This document shows, in pieces, positions 15,588-23,662 of a DNA stretch of 43,717 nucleotides. Source of the stretch: a virus. Lineage: Duplodnaviria; Caudoviricetes. The notes beneath the pieces were generated by a model. It was not told the DNA's origin. It was given only the letters and a program-made list of their open reading frames with translations, and made no database searches. Where the stretch lies: the IMG/VR virus record IMGVR_UViG_3300045000_000115, positions 1 through 43,717 of that record; one strand, 5' to 3'. Each line of letters opens with the position of its first letter. Positions within the stretch are counted from its first letter, which is position 1. Position numbers and translations under genes: made by a program.

Positions 15588-16229
15588 ATGAGCGCCGTGG
15601 CCGCAGCACCTTCCGGCCGCGCCGTACTGGGAGAGCTCGCTGCGATCGTCGAGCGCTTCCCGGATGGTGACTGCCCGCCCGCGGCGGTCGCCCAGCTGCT
15701 CGACGAGGTGGCCCGGGTGGTCCGCCGGGCCCGGGCGCAGATCCGGCGCGCCGCTGCGCGGCCGCGTGGCGCTGCGCCGGCTGTTGAGCTGGAAGGGAAG
15801 CCGGCTCAGCCCCAGCGGCCACCTCCGGCGAGCCCAGCCGCCACGAATCCACGACGAAACCCAGCCTCGATCGATCCTCCGGTCACGGCATTGCCTCGAG
15901 CAGCGCCCGCTGACCAGATCTCGCCGCGGCTCTCCGGCAACAAGCCCGTGGCCACCGCGGCCGCCATCGAAGCACCGCTGGCCTCGCCTCCACTGACGGT
16001 CCCGCCACGCGCTGCCAGGCGTTGGCTGGTGCCGACACCACGGGGGTGGTTCATCGGGGTCGCGGTCCTGCTCGTCACGCTCGCCGTTCTGCTCGGGCTC
16101 GCCGCCGGCGCCGCGGTCGACGCTGTCGTCGCCCTCGGCATCGTTACGGCCGCCGCTACCTGGACGGCGGCGCATCGCTGCGGCACTGCCCGCGCCAGAT
16201 TCGCGAGGCGCGCTCGACCACTCACATAG
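15588..16229 (+). CDS. Membrane protein (Pro-rich linker, C-terminal TM segments)
   Basis: C-terminal hydrophobic helices GWFIGVAVLLV... Confidence 0.6.
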   Translation: MSAVAAAPSGRAVLGELAAIVERFPDGDCPPAAVAQLLDEVARVVRRARAQIRRAAARPRGAAPAVELEGKPAQPQRPPPASPAATNPRRNPASIDPPVTALPRAAPADQISPRLSGNKPVATAAAIEAPLASPPLTVPPRAARRWLVPTPRGWFIGVAVLLVTLAVLLGLAAGAAVDAVVALGIVTAAATWTAAHRCGTARARFARRARPLT

Positions 16230-16295
16230 GAGCGGCCTCCGGCGCGGCGACCTAACCGCCGGCCGGAGGCCTAGATCAGCCCCGGGAGGCTGACC

Positions 16296-16526
16296 ATGTC
16301 CAACACCCTGTCCGACTCCGGAGAGGCCCACAACCTCGGGCCCGGTTGCTGCCGATACGGCTGCTCCGAGCGCGCCACGGTGCTCGTCACCGGGCCCGCT
16401 GGCGTCCCTGACGTCGTCGTGCTGCTGCTCATGTGCGGCGGATGCAGCCTGGCCGCGAGCACCGCCGCCCCCGACGTCGCCGTGCGCGCACTGCCATCAA
16501 CCCGGCGCCGCGCCCGCATCGCCTGA
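16296..16526 (+). CDS. Small Cys-rich protein
   Basis: GGAGG RBS; CC...C...CGGC. Confidence 0.55.
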   Translation: MSNTLSDSGEAHNLGPGCCRYGCSERATVLVTGPAGVPDVVVLLLMCGGCSLAASTAAPDVAVRALPSTRRRARIA

Positions 16527-16562
16527 AGCAGGGCTGATGCACCGCGGTCGCGAGGAAGCCGA

Positions 16563-17399
16563 TCAGTCCGCGCTGAGCCGGCTGATGTACTCGACCGCCT
16601 CGTCGCCAACGACCGCGGCGTCCCGCAGCCGATCCCACAATTCGACGTACGGCCGCACTCGCTCCGGGTCGCTCGTCATCGTCGCACCGTGTAGCAGCTC
16701 GATCAGCACGTACGGATTGGAGCCGTCAGATGGCTCCCTGTAGGTGAAGGAGGTCCACGTCAGCGCGCCGCAGCGCCTGATCGGCAGAATGGCGATATCG
16801 ACGCTCGACAGCGTCGCGAGCGACCGGATCCTGTCGAGCTGGGCCGGCATCACGCCCGGGCCGGGGGACCACAGCAGCGCATGCTCAGCGATGAGGAACT
16901 CGAATCGCCGGCCATCCTCGTCGTACAGCTGCTTCTGGCGATCGAGCCGCTGGGCGACCGCGGCCGCATGATCGATCTGGCCGATCGGGTCGGCCTGCGG
17001 GATCAGCAGACGGGCGTACTCCGCCGTCTGCAGCAGCCCTGGCACCATCGTCAGCTGCAGACTTCGCACCAGCCGCGCGGCCGCCTCTTCCTGGTGTGCC
17101 CGCCGCTGCAGATGACCGCCCGCCTCGCGCAGGAGATCCTGGTAGGGCGTCGGATCCGTATGCGCCGCCTCGGTCAGCGCGAGAACACGCCGCGAGGCCG
17201 TCTCGTCGGCGTCGACCGCGGTAAGCCACGCGAGCGCCTCGGCCCGCGATGGCGGGCGGCCCACTCCACGCTCGAACCTGCTGACGGACGCCTGGCTCAT
17301 CCCGGTGCGTTTGACGATGTCGCGCTGGGACCTCCCGGCAAGCGTCCGAAGAGAGCGCAGCTCGGTCCCGAGCTGCGCCCACTTCTCGGATTTAGTCAC
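16563..17399 (-). CDS. XRE HTH + DUF5753 regulator (WhiJ/Scr1-like)
   Basis: LGTELRSLR...SQASVSRFERG HTH; VPGLLQTAEYAR, RLDRQ and FEFLIAEHAL motifs. Confidence 0.9.
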   Translation of the reverse strand: MTKSEKWAQLGTELRSLRTLAGRSQRDIVKRTGMSQASVSRFERGVGRPPSRAEALAWLTAVDADETASRRVLALTEAAHTDPTPYQDLLREAGGHLQRRAHQEEAAARLVRSLQLTMVPGLLQTAEYARLLIPQADPIGQIDHAAAVAQRLDRQKQLYDEDGRRFEFLIAEHALLWSPGPGVMPAQLDRIRSLATLSSVDIAILPIRRCGALTWTSFTYREPSDGSNPYVLIELLHGATMTSDPERVRPYVELWDRLRDAAVVGDEAVEYISRLSAD

Positions 17400-17925
17400 G
17401 GACTCCCACTACGTACTCGTTCAGCGGAACCGCCACCGCCTCTACGGCGCGGCGCCGCTCGTCGAACTCGGCGAGTTTGCCACGCTCGGTGATCAGGTCG
17501 GCGCCGTGCCACTGTCCCGCCTCGTCGTAGTTCATCCGCACCGCCCGGGCATGCGGCGTGTCGCCGTCGAACAGCCAGAAGTCCGGGCCGACGTCGCCCA
17601 CCTGGGCGCGCCGCACGATCTGGATCTGCTCGCCGGCTGCCTGGGACTCGCGGTAGGCCTCGATCTCGTACCGCTCGTAGTCGGTCAGGGGGTCGTCGAC
17701 GACGCGCGTCCGGCTCCACCGCTTCTTCCCGACGACGGTGGACACGGCGATCCGCGCCAGCCATGCGCTCGTCCGGACGGAGCGTTCGGGCAGTGCCCTC
17801 CCCTCGAGGAACGCGGCAAGCCGCTCGGCATCGGCGCCGCCCACGTCGTAGACGGGCAGCGCTTCCAGGCGGAAGACGCTGCCGTGGAACTCGTCGAAGA
17901 GGGCGTTGAACTCGTCGGGGGTCAC
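17392..17925 (-). CDS. DUF6879-family protein
   Basis: FRLE.LP.Y, R.RVV..PLTDY.RYE, AGE.I and DFWLFD motifs; GTGA coupling. Confidence 0.8.
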   Translation of the reverse strand: MTPDEFNALFDEFHGSVFRLEALPVYDVGGADAERLAAFLEGRALPERSVRTSAWLARIAVSTVVGKKRWSRTRVVDDPLTDYERYEIEAYRESQAAGEQIQIVRRAQVGDVGPDFWLFDGDTPHARAVRMNYDEAGQWHGADLITERGKLAEFDERRRAVEAVAVPLNEYVVGVRD

Positions 17926-18122
17926 GAGCTCCCCGGCAGCTGCGCGACCAGCCTCGTCCACTCGCCGGCGGGAATGCGCACGAAGCCCTCGCCCTCCGGG
18001 AGTGGCTCGGGCGCCTGATCGGTGAGGTAGCCCTGCACAGTCACGTCGCCTGTTGCGTCATCAACCCAGAACCGCGGGCACGGACCGTCGGGACAGTTGT
18101 TCGCGAGCAACCTGAACCCCAT
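17922..18122 (-). CDS. Small Cys-pair protein (DUF397-like partner)
   Basis: CPDGPCP...VQGY...GEG.VRIP; GGAGGT RBS; first gene of the operon. Confidence 0.75.
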   Translation of the reverse strand: MGFRLLANNCPDGPCPRFWVDDATGDVTVQGYLTDQAPEPLPEGEGFVRIPAGEWTRLVAQLPGSS

Positions 18123-18248
18123 CAGCTACCTCCTGTAGTCAAGCTTAGTCACAGCAACGCCGATCGTGGAGGCAGGCGCGCCACGCCGTCAAGCAGCACA
18201 CTTGCGGCCTGCGCGATTCTGGTTCATTCTGACTAGAGCTGGTTAGAG

Positions 18249-19082
18249 ATGAGCCAGATCGCATCGAACGTGGACGCACCACGAAGGGGACCCGAGATGG
18301 GCCAACTCGATCTGAGCGTTCCCTCCCTGTCCAGGGCCTGGGACTACCTGCTCGGGGGCAAGAACAACTTCCAGGTCGACCGCGACGCCGTGGATGGGAT
18401 GTTCGACGTCTTCACGGGCTGGCGCGCTCTGGCCCTGATGCAGAGGCGGTTCCTCGGCCGCGCGGTGCAGTACCTGGTCGCGGAAGCCGGCATCCGCCAG
18501 ATCATCGACGTCGGCTCCGGCTTCCCGACGCGGATGAACGTGCACGAGATGGCACAGCAGATCGAGCCCGACGCCCGCGTCCTGTACGTCGACAACGACC
18601 CGAGCGTGCTCGCCCACGCCCGCGCCATCGTGGCCGACGACCGTCGCTCCGCCGCGATCCTGGCCGACGTCACGACGCCGATGACGATCCTTCGGCATCC
18701 GATGACACGCCGGCTCCTCGACCTCCGAGAGCCATACGCCGTCCTGCTGTGCGGGGTCCTCCACCACCTGGCCGACGACCAGGGCCCGATGAGCGTGACC
18801 CAGCAACTGCAGGAGGCGATGACGCCCGGCAGCTACCTGGTCATGAGCAACTTCCTCGACGACGACAGCCCACTCGCCGCGGAAGCCGAACGTGCCATCC
18901 ACAAGGCGCTCGGAACGGGCCGGTTCCGCACGTGGGAGGAGCAGACGCCCTACCTGTACGGCCTGGGCCCGGTGGAGCCTCGCTTCGTGTACGCGGACGA
19001 CTGGCGACCCGACGAGTTCACGCCGAAGAACAGCCCCGAACACACCTTCCTGGCCGCTGGCGTCGGCCAGGTGGCGGGGTAG
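18249..19082 (+). CDS. S-adenosylmethionine-dependent methyltransferase (actinobacterial Methyltransf_19 type)
   Basis: P...R.WDYLLGGK.NF.VDR, FL.RAV.YL, GIRQ..D.GSG.PT and YVDNDP motifs; start may be 18297. Confidence 0.9.
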   Translation: MSQIASNVDAPRRGPEMGQLDLSVPSLSRAWDYLLGGKNNFQVDRDAVDGMFDVFTGWRALALMQRRFLGRAVQYLVAEAGIRQIIDVGSGFPTRMNVHEMAQQIEPDARVLYVDNDPSVLAHARAIVADDRRSAAILADVTTPMTILRHPMTRRLLDLREPYAVLLCGVLHHLADDQGPMSVTQQLQEAMTPGSYLVMSNFLDDDSPLAAEAERAIHKALGTGRFRTWEEQTPYLYGLGPVEPRFVYADDWRPDEFTPKNSPEHTFLAAGVGQVAG

Positions 19083-19084
19083 CC

Positions 19085-19324
19085 GTGGCCAGCCAGAACG
19101 CGCGTGACTCGATCAGTTGGAACGAGCAGCGGTCGGGTTACGACTGGGCCACGACTCTGAGCGACGGCCGCAAGAAAGCGGGCTTCGCCGAGACGAGTGA
19201 CGAGGCCAAGGCAACTATCCGGTCATGGCACGTGACGACCCTTCCGCCCAGGCACCGAGGGCCACGGACGCTGTGCGGCGTCGTCAAGCCGACCGGCGCA
19301 AAGCCAGCGGCGCGCATTCGTTGA
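19085..19324 (+). CDS. Small hypothetical protein
   Basis: GTG 2 nt after the methyltransferase stop; followed by a hairpin. Confidence 0.5.
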   Translation: MASQNARDSISWNEQRSGYDWATTLSDGRKKAGFAETSDEAKATIRSWHVTTLPPRHRGPRTLCGVVKPTGAKPAARIR

Positions 19325-19354
19325 GCCGCCCGGCTCGGCTCGCGCCCAGAGTCT

Positions 19355-19394
19355 CGGCCGGTGTGAGGGTGTCCTCTTCGCCTCACACCGGCCG
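19355..19394 (+). terminator. 14-bp stem hairpin
   Basis: CGGCCGGTGTGAGG-N12-CCTCACACCGGCCG. Confidence 0.6.
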
Positions 19395-19504
19395 GTTCCA
19401 TGCGTAACGTCGCGAGCACTCTGCGCGAATGGGACACGGGTGCTGCCGACCGCACGGCCCGACTGGACGATGATCAGAACGCGCACCAGGACAGGAGCCT
19501 GCCC

Positions 19505-20032
19505 ATGGCGCCCACATCTCCGCTGACACCGCACGCGGTACGCCGGAGTCGGATGTGGATTGTGCTGGCCAGCGTCGCGGGGCTCGCGGTCGTCGGCGGG
19601 GTCGTCGCCGTCGCGACGGCGGGTGGGAGGCAGCCGGACCCGTCGGTGCCCTACACCATCATGATCACGGAGCCGTCGCAGAACCTCAACGCGGACGCGC
19701 GTGGACGTCTCATCGCCTACTGGTCGTGCGCCGCCGACGCGGATCCGCGAGCGCGGTCCAGCATCATCACGGGCGGCCTGTCACAGGCGGACTACGTGGT
19801 CGAGCATGCGAAGTGGGCCAAGGTCGACGGCGAGACGGGGCTGGGCAGCTTGCGGATCGACGTGAGCTGCGACCCTGGCGACACGATCACCGTCGCGCTC
19901 GACGCGGCAGTCGCGGCCTACAGGCCCACGACGCTGCGCTGCGAGGTGTTCGCGCCGACTGGAGAGCGTCTCGCAGCGGAGGAAGCCACTCGGCCCGAAC
20001 CCGATCCGGTGTGTCGGACGATGGTCCGCTGA
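19505..20032 (+). CDS. Membrane-anchored exported protein (MmpS-like beta domain possible)
   Basis: AGGAG RBS; single N-terminal TM segment; four Cys including LRCEV and terminal PVC. Confidence 0.6.
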   Translation: MAPTSPLTPHAVRRSRMWIVLASVAGLAVVGGVVAVATAGGRQPDPSVPYTIMITEPSQNLNADARGRLIAYWSCAADADPRARSSIITGGLSQADYVVEHAKWAKVDGETGLGSLRIDVSCDPGDTITVALDAAVAAYRPTTLRCEVFAPTGERLAAEEATRPEPDPVCRTMVR

Positions 20033-20052
20033 GCTGAAACCCTTCTCGCGAC

Positions 20053-20790
20053 TCAGCAGTCGCCTGGTTCTTCGTCGTCCTCGCTGAGGAGCTCCCGAAG
20101 CAGCCCGTCCTCCAACAGTTCACGGATCCGCTCGTCGACGAGCCGTTCGATGTCGCCAGCGGGAGCGTCCTCCTGGTGCTCGACGACCGCCTGCGGTTTC
20201 GTCGTGGGAGCTGCGGCATCACCCGTGAGTTCGAAGCCCGTCACATCCCGCAGCAGCGTGAGCAGCGTGAGCAGAACCGCGAGGTAGGCCGCCAGCCGAG
20301 CCCTCGCATCCTGACCGCGTGCCGTCTCGAAGCTGCCGCCCAGTTGCTCGACCGAACTGTTAAGTCGATCAACGCCGAGCGTGAGCCGCTCAATCGCGCC
20401 AAGCAGATCGCCCTCGGCCGCGGTTCCACTGACCTCGACGATCGAGGTCATCACGTGCGCGTCGGCCACCAGCTGGGAGGTCGCGCCTGAGTCGAGCTGT
20501 TCCAGGTTCGCCCGCATCCGGTCAAATGCCTCAACGATGATGCTGCCCTGGGTGATCTGGGCTGCCTGCATAGCCGCGGCGGCAGCACGAAACATGCTGG
20601 GACCGTCGAGCTGACGCGCCATGGCTGCGCGTGCCGCCTCGAACGCTGCGCCAAGCCCGGTCTGCGCGCGCAGTGCTGCATCAATCGAACGCGAGATCTG
20701 GGCGTCGCGCTGGCTCACGGCCCTCGCGGCTCTCTCAAACGCGGGCGCGAGGGAGCTGAGATCAACGAACTCACGAGCAGGATCAGCCAC
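20053..20790 (-). CDS. Hypothetical helical membrane protein
   Basis: 245-aa ORF with one hydrophobic helix; codon usage less GC-biased. Confidence 0.6.
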   Translation of the reverse strand: MADPAREFVDLSSLAPAFERAARAVSQRDAQISRSIDAALRAQTGLGAAFEAARAAMARQLDGPSMFRAAAAAMQAAQITQGSIIVEAFDRMRANLEQLDSGATSQLVADAHVMTSIVEVSGTAAEGDLLGAIERLTLGVDRLNSSVEQLGGSFETARGQDARARLAAYLAVLLTLLTLLRDVTGFELTGDAAAPTTKPQAVVEHQEDAPAGDIERLVDERIRELLEDGLLRELLSEDDEEPGDC

Positions 20791-20907
20791 CTACTCACAT
20801 CAGGATGGGGGCTCCAGCCGTTACCGCGCGACCCAGGGTCCGGCCGTACACTCCGCCGTGCCGCGCTTCCCCCGCGGTCCACACCGGACCACCCAGGGGA
20901 GACGCTC

Positions 20908-21117
20908 GTGCCCGACATCCAGCGCGACCCATGCCCCAGCTGCGGACGCAGACCCGGGCCATACCTCGTCCTCGTCGGCTGGCAGCCCTGCCGCTGCGGC
21001 GGCCACCGCACCCGCTGGTGCCGCGACGACAAAGGCGGCTGCGGCCACACCCTCTACAGCCCTGCCCTCGACCGCGATCGCTGCGATCCGCCACGCGACG
21101 GCTTCGGAGCCCTCTAG
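20908..21117 (+). CDS. Small zinc-binding protein
   Basis: CPSC...VGWQPCRCGGH...C.....C; GGGGAG RBS. Confidence 0.65.
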   Translation: MPDIQRDPCPSCGRRPGPYLVLVGWQPCRCGGHRTRWCRDDKGGCGHTLYSPALDRDRCDPPRDGFGAL

Positions 21118-21148
21118 AGAGGGCACCGGGCCGCGACGGGAGAGCTCC

Positions 21149-22069
21149 CTAGCCGCCCCGCGGGCGGCCGCTGAGAACGAACTCGGCGGCGGCCAGCGCG
21201 GCCGCCGTCCCGTTCTGCGCGGCGGTGCGGATCGCTCCCGGGTCGAGGCCCTTCCCCGCGGCCAGCTGCTCGACCGCGGCCCGCAGCGCCGCGATCTCCC
21301 CGTGCGCGGCGGCCGCGGCGTCTCGGGCCTGCGCCGCGAGCTGCCGGGCCTCGTAGGCGCGCGCGTCGGCGTTGATCGCGAAGCCACCGATGTCGTCTTC
21401 GGGGAGCATCGCCGGCGGCGGCTCGCCCACGGAGTCGTAGTTGACGCGAGTCTGGTGACGGCCGTGGAGCTTGTCGTAGACGGCCTTGAGCCAGCCGTGT
21501 TCCTCGGGCGTCATGTCGTTGTCCTCCACGGGGATCGTCGGGCCGGGGGGCGTCGGGCTGGAGGTCGTTGGGCGGGGGATCGGTGATGGCGCGCCGATCC
21601 GGACGCGCCACCTCGCGAGCTTCGCCATGGCGTCGTCGGCGTATCGCTCGGCGGCCGGGCCGGAGCCGTTGTATCGGCGGAACCCGTCGCGGGCCCCGTA
21701 CGCGCGCTGCAGCCCGGCCAGGTGGCGGAACCCGATCCGGACGTTGCACCGCCAGTCCCAGCAGCCGCCGATGGCATCGGCCTGGTCCTGCAGGGGCGGG
21801 TACGTGAGCTGGGCCGGGCCGACGCCCTGCGACCCGAGTCGGACCCGGTGGGGCTTCCAGCGCTCGTAGTCGGCACGGGTGACCGCACCGCCCTTCACGT
21901 AGTAGCCGCCGGTGCTGACACCGTCGGAGCCCCACACGTTCCGGCCGCCGGACTCCTTCTCCAGCATGGTGACCGCGGACGCCAGGTCGAGACGCTCGGC
22001 GGCGGCCAGCTCGACGACCTCAGCCGGGCGCGGGATGCCCCACGCGGCGAGCGACTCGACGACGCCCAT
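21149..22069 (-). CDS. Endolysin, lysozyme/transglycosylase-like catalytic domain
   Basis: MLEKESGG.N (catalytic Glu), GVGPAQLT, N.RIG and RYNG motifs; Pro/Thr linker; position after tail genes. Confidence 0.85.
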   Translation of the reverse strand: MGVVESLAAWGIPRPAEVVELAAAERLDLASAVTMLEKESGGRNVWGSDGVSTGGYYVKGGAVTRADYERWKPHRVRLGSQGVGPAQLTYPPLQDQADAIGGCWDWRCNVRIGFRHLAGLQRAYGARDGFRRYNGSGPAAERYADDAMAKLARWRVRIGAPSPIPRPTTSSPTPPGPTIPVEDNDMTPEEHGWLKAVYDKLHGRHQTRVNYDSVGEPPPAMLPEDDIGGFAINADARAYEARQLAAQARDAAAAAHGEIAALRAAVEQLAAGKGLDPGAIRTAAQNGTAAALAAAEFVLSGRPRGG

Positions 22070-22392
22070 CAGACCCTCCCTGGGATGGGTGCGGCGCCGC
22101 CTCCGCCACGCTCACGGAGCTGGGCGCGGGCGCTCTCCAGCTCGACGGACAGTGTGTGGACCTTCCCGCGCAGCTCGGTGACCTCGCCGCTGAGACGCGC
22201 GATCTCCTCACGCAGTGGCTGCAGCAGCGCCACCGCGGACCCCTGGATGACCGCGGCCGCATCGGCGCTCGTCTTGCCGGCCTCAGCGAGGATCTTGCGT
22301 TTGTCGGCTCGCAGCTTGAGCAGCGCGATCAGGGCGGAGGTGCCGCCGAGTGCGCCGATCGTGGCGAACACGATCTCGGGGATGCCCGTCAT
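22069..22392 (-). CDS. Lysis-cassette membrane protein (TM + coiled coil)
   Basis: N-terminal hydrophobic helix, then heptad-rich region; stop overlaps the lysin start. Confidence 0.75.
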   Translation of the reverse strand: MTGIPEIVFATIGALGGTSALIALLKLRADKRKILAEAGKTSADAAAVIQGSAVALLQPLREEIARLSGEVTELRGKVHTLSVELESARAQLRERGGGGAAPIPGRV

Positions 22393-22441
22393 GGGGCGGC
22401 TCCGGAGATCTCGGGGATGCCCGTCATGGGGCGGCTCCGGA
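22372..22441. repeat. Exact 35-bp tandem duplication of a gene junction
   Basis: GATCTCGGGGATGCCCGTCATGGGGCGGCTCCGGA x2. Confidence 0.97.
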
Positions 22442-22900
22442 GTCGTCGGGGTCGGCGAGCTGGGGCCCGTCGTCGGCGAGCTCGATCGGGTCGGCGAGCG
22501 CGCGGCGGAGCCGGCTCAGGTCGTGCCCGATCTGCCACGTCCGCACCCCGCACGCCGCCCCGCACGCGATGATGATCACCCCGCCGACGCGAACCTGCTC
22601 GAAGCCCAGCAGCAGGTAAATGCCGATGCCGTAGCCGATGAACAGGCCCGTCAGAAGCAGGAGCCCGACCCGCTCGACCAGTAGCGAGGTGGGCAGTCGC
22701 AGGAACAGGCCGACGAGCACGACGATGCCGCCGAAGATCAGGCCTGCGTACCACGCGGTGGCGCGGCCGTCGGCGAGCTGGTCGATGATGCTGCGCTGCT
22801 CGTGCGGGAGCAGCCCGGACACGCCGGAGATCAGGCATGCCGCCATCAGCAGCACTTGGAACGGCGACCGTCCGGAGCGGAGGACGAGGGCGCGGGCCAT
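22424..22900 (-). CDS. Four-TM membrane protein (holin-like)
   Basis: Four hydrophobic segments; GAGG RBS before ATG 22900. Confidence 0.75.
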   Translation of the reverse strand: MARALVLRSGRSPFQVLLMAACLISGVSGLLPHEQRSIIDQLADGRATAWYAGLIFGGIVVLVGLFLRLPTSLLVERVGLLLLTGLFIGYGIGIYLLLGFEQVRVGGVIIIACGAACGVRTWQIGHDLSRLRRALADPIELADDGPQLADPDDSGAAP

Positions 22901-22911
22901 GTCGGGTCCTC

Positions 22912-23640
22912 TCAGCAGGTGAGCTCGGCGCCCGAGCCGGTCGCCCGGAACGAGACGTGGACGTGGTCGTAGTGATTCGCCGTCGGCGAGCCGCGGCCGG
23001 CCATTGGCCGCCACCCGTCGCCGTTGTCGATCCGCTGCCGCCAGATCACGTAGGTGACGGCGAGGTTGTCGCGGTGCGCCCGGACGTAGGTGGACAGCTC
23101 GTCGCCGAGCCGGCGGTCGACGAAGAAGTCCAGGGCCAAGCCCTTCGGGTGGTCCGACGTCGGCAGCGCTCGCTCGCCGACCCCGGCGATTGACACCGGG
23201 TTGAGCCCGAACCGGGCGACCAGCGAGTCACCGGCGAGCGCGACGTGCCGCTTCACGCCGCCCCATCCGACCGTGCGGCACGTGCCACCCGCGGGCTGGA
23301 CAGTCGTGGGTGCGGTCGACCGGGCCGGCGCAGGCTGGGGCGCAACCGTCGTGGTCGACGCGACCGTCATCTCCCCCTGACCGATCGTCGTGGGCGCCGC
23401 CGACACTGTCTGTGGTTGCGGCGACGTCGGCGGCAGCCTGCGACCACCGGTCGGGGCTCCTCTCCAGGCGGCCGCGCCCGGGACCGCGAGCACCCGCTCC
23501 CCGGCTGGGTCGTCCCGCATCGCGATGGCGACGGCCAGCCCGCTGCCGAGCGAGACGGCGACGAGCAGCGCTGTCCCGCCGTGCGCGGCGCCGGCCAGCC
23601 AGCGATCCGGGCGGCCGTCTGCGCGGTGGCGGCCGCTCAT
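22912..23640 (-). CDS. Membrane-anchored putative Zn peptidoglycan peptidase (M15/ARB-07466-like domain)
   Basis: SDHPKGLALDF ... YVIW ... NHYDHVHVSF; N-terminal TM and Pro/Thr linker. Confidence 0.7.
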   Translation of the reverse strand: MSGRHRADGRPDRWLAGAAHGGTALLVAVSLGSGLAVAIAMRDDPAGERVLAVPGAAAWRGAPTGGRRLPPTSPQPQTVSAAPTTIGQGEMTVASTTTVAPQPAPARSTAPTTVQPAGGTCRTVGWGGVKRHVALAGDSLVARFGLNPVSIAGVGERALPTSDHPKGLALDFFVDRRLGDELSTYVRAHRDNLAVTYVIWRQRIDNGDGWRPMAGRGSPTANHYDHVHVSFRATGSGAELTC

Positions 23641-23662
23641 GGCACCCGTCCGTAGCTGCGCA

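Noticed and set aside
18249-19082. DNA methyltransferase or restriction-modification system
   Set aside because: No DPPY/NPPY or PCQ motif and no nuclease partner; motifs match the actinobacterial Methyltransf_19 type
22372-22441. CRISPR-like repeats (35 bp)
   Set aside because: The two copies are directly adjacent with no spacer, and no cas genes are present
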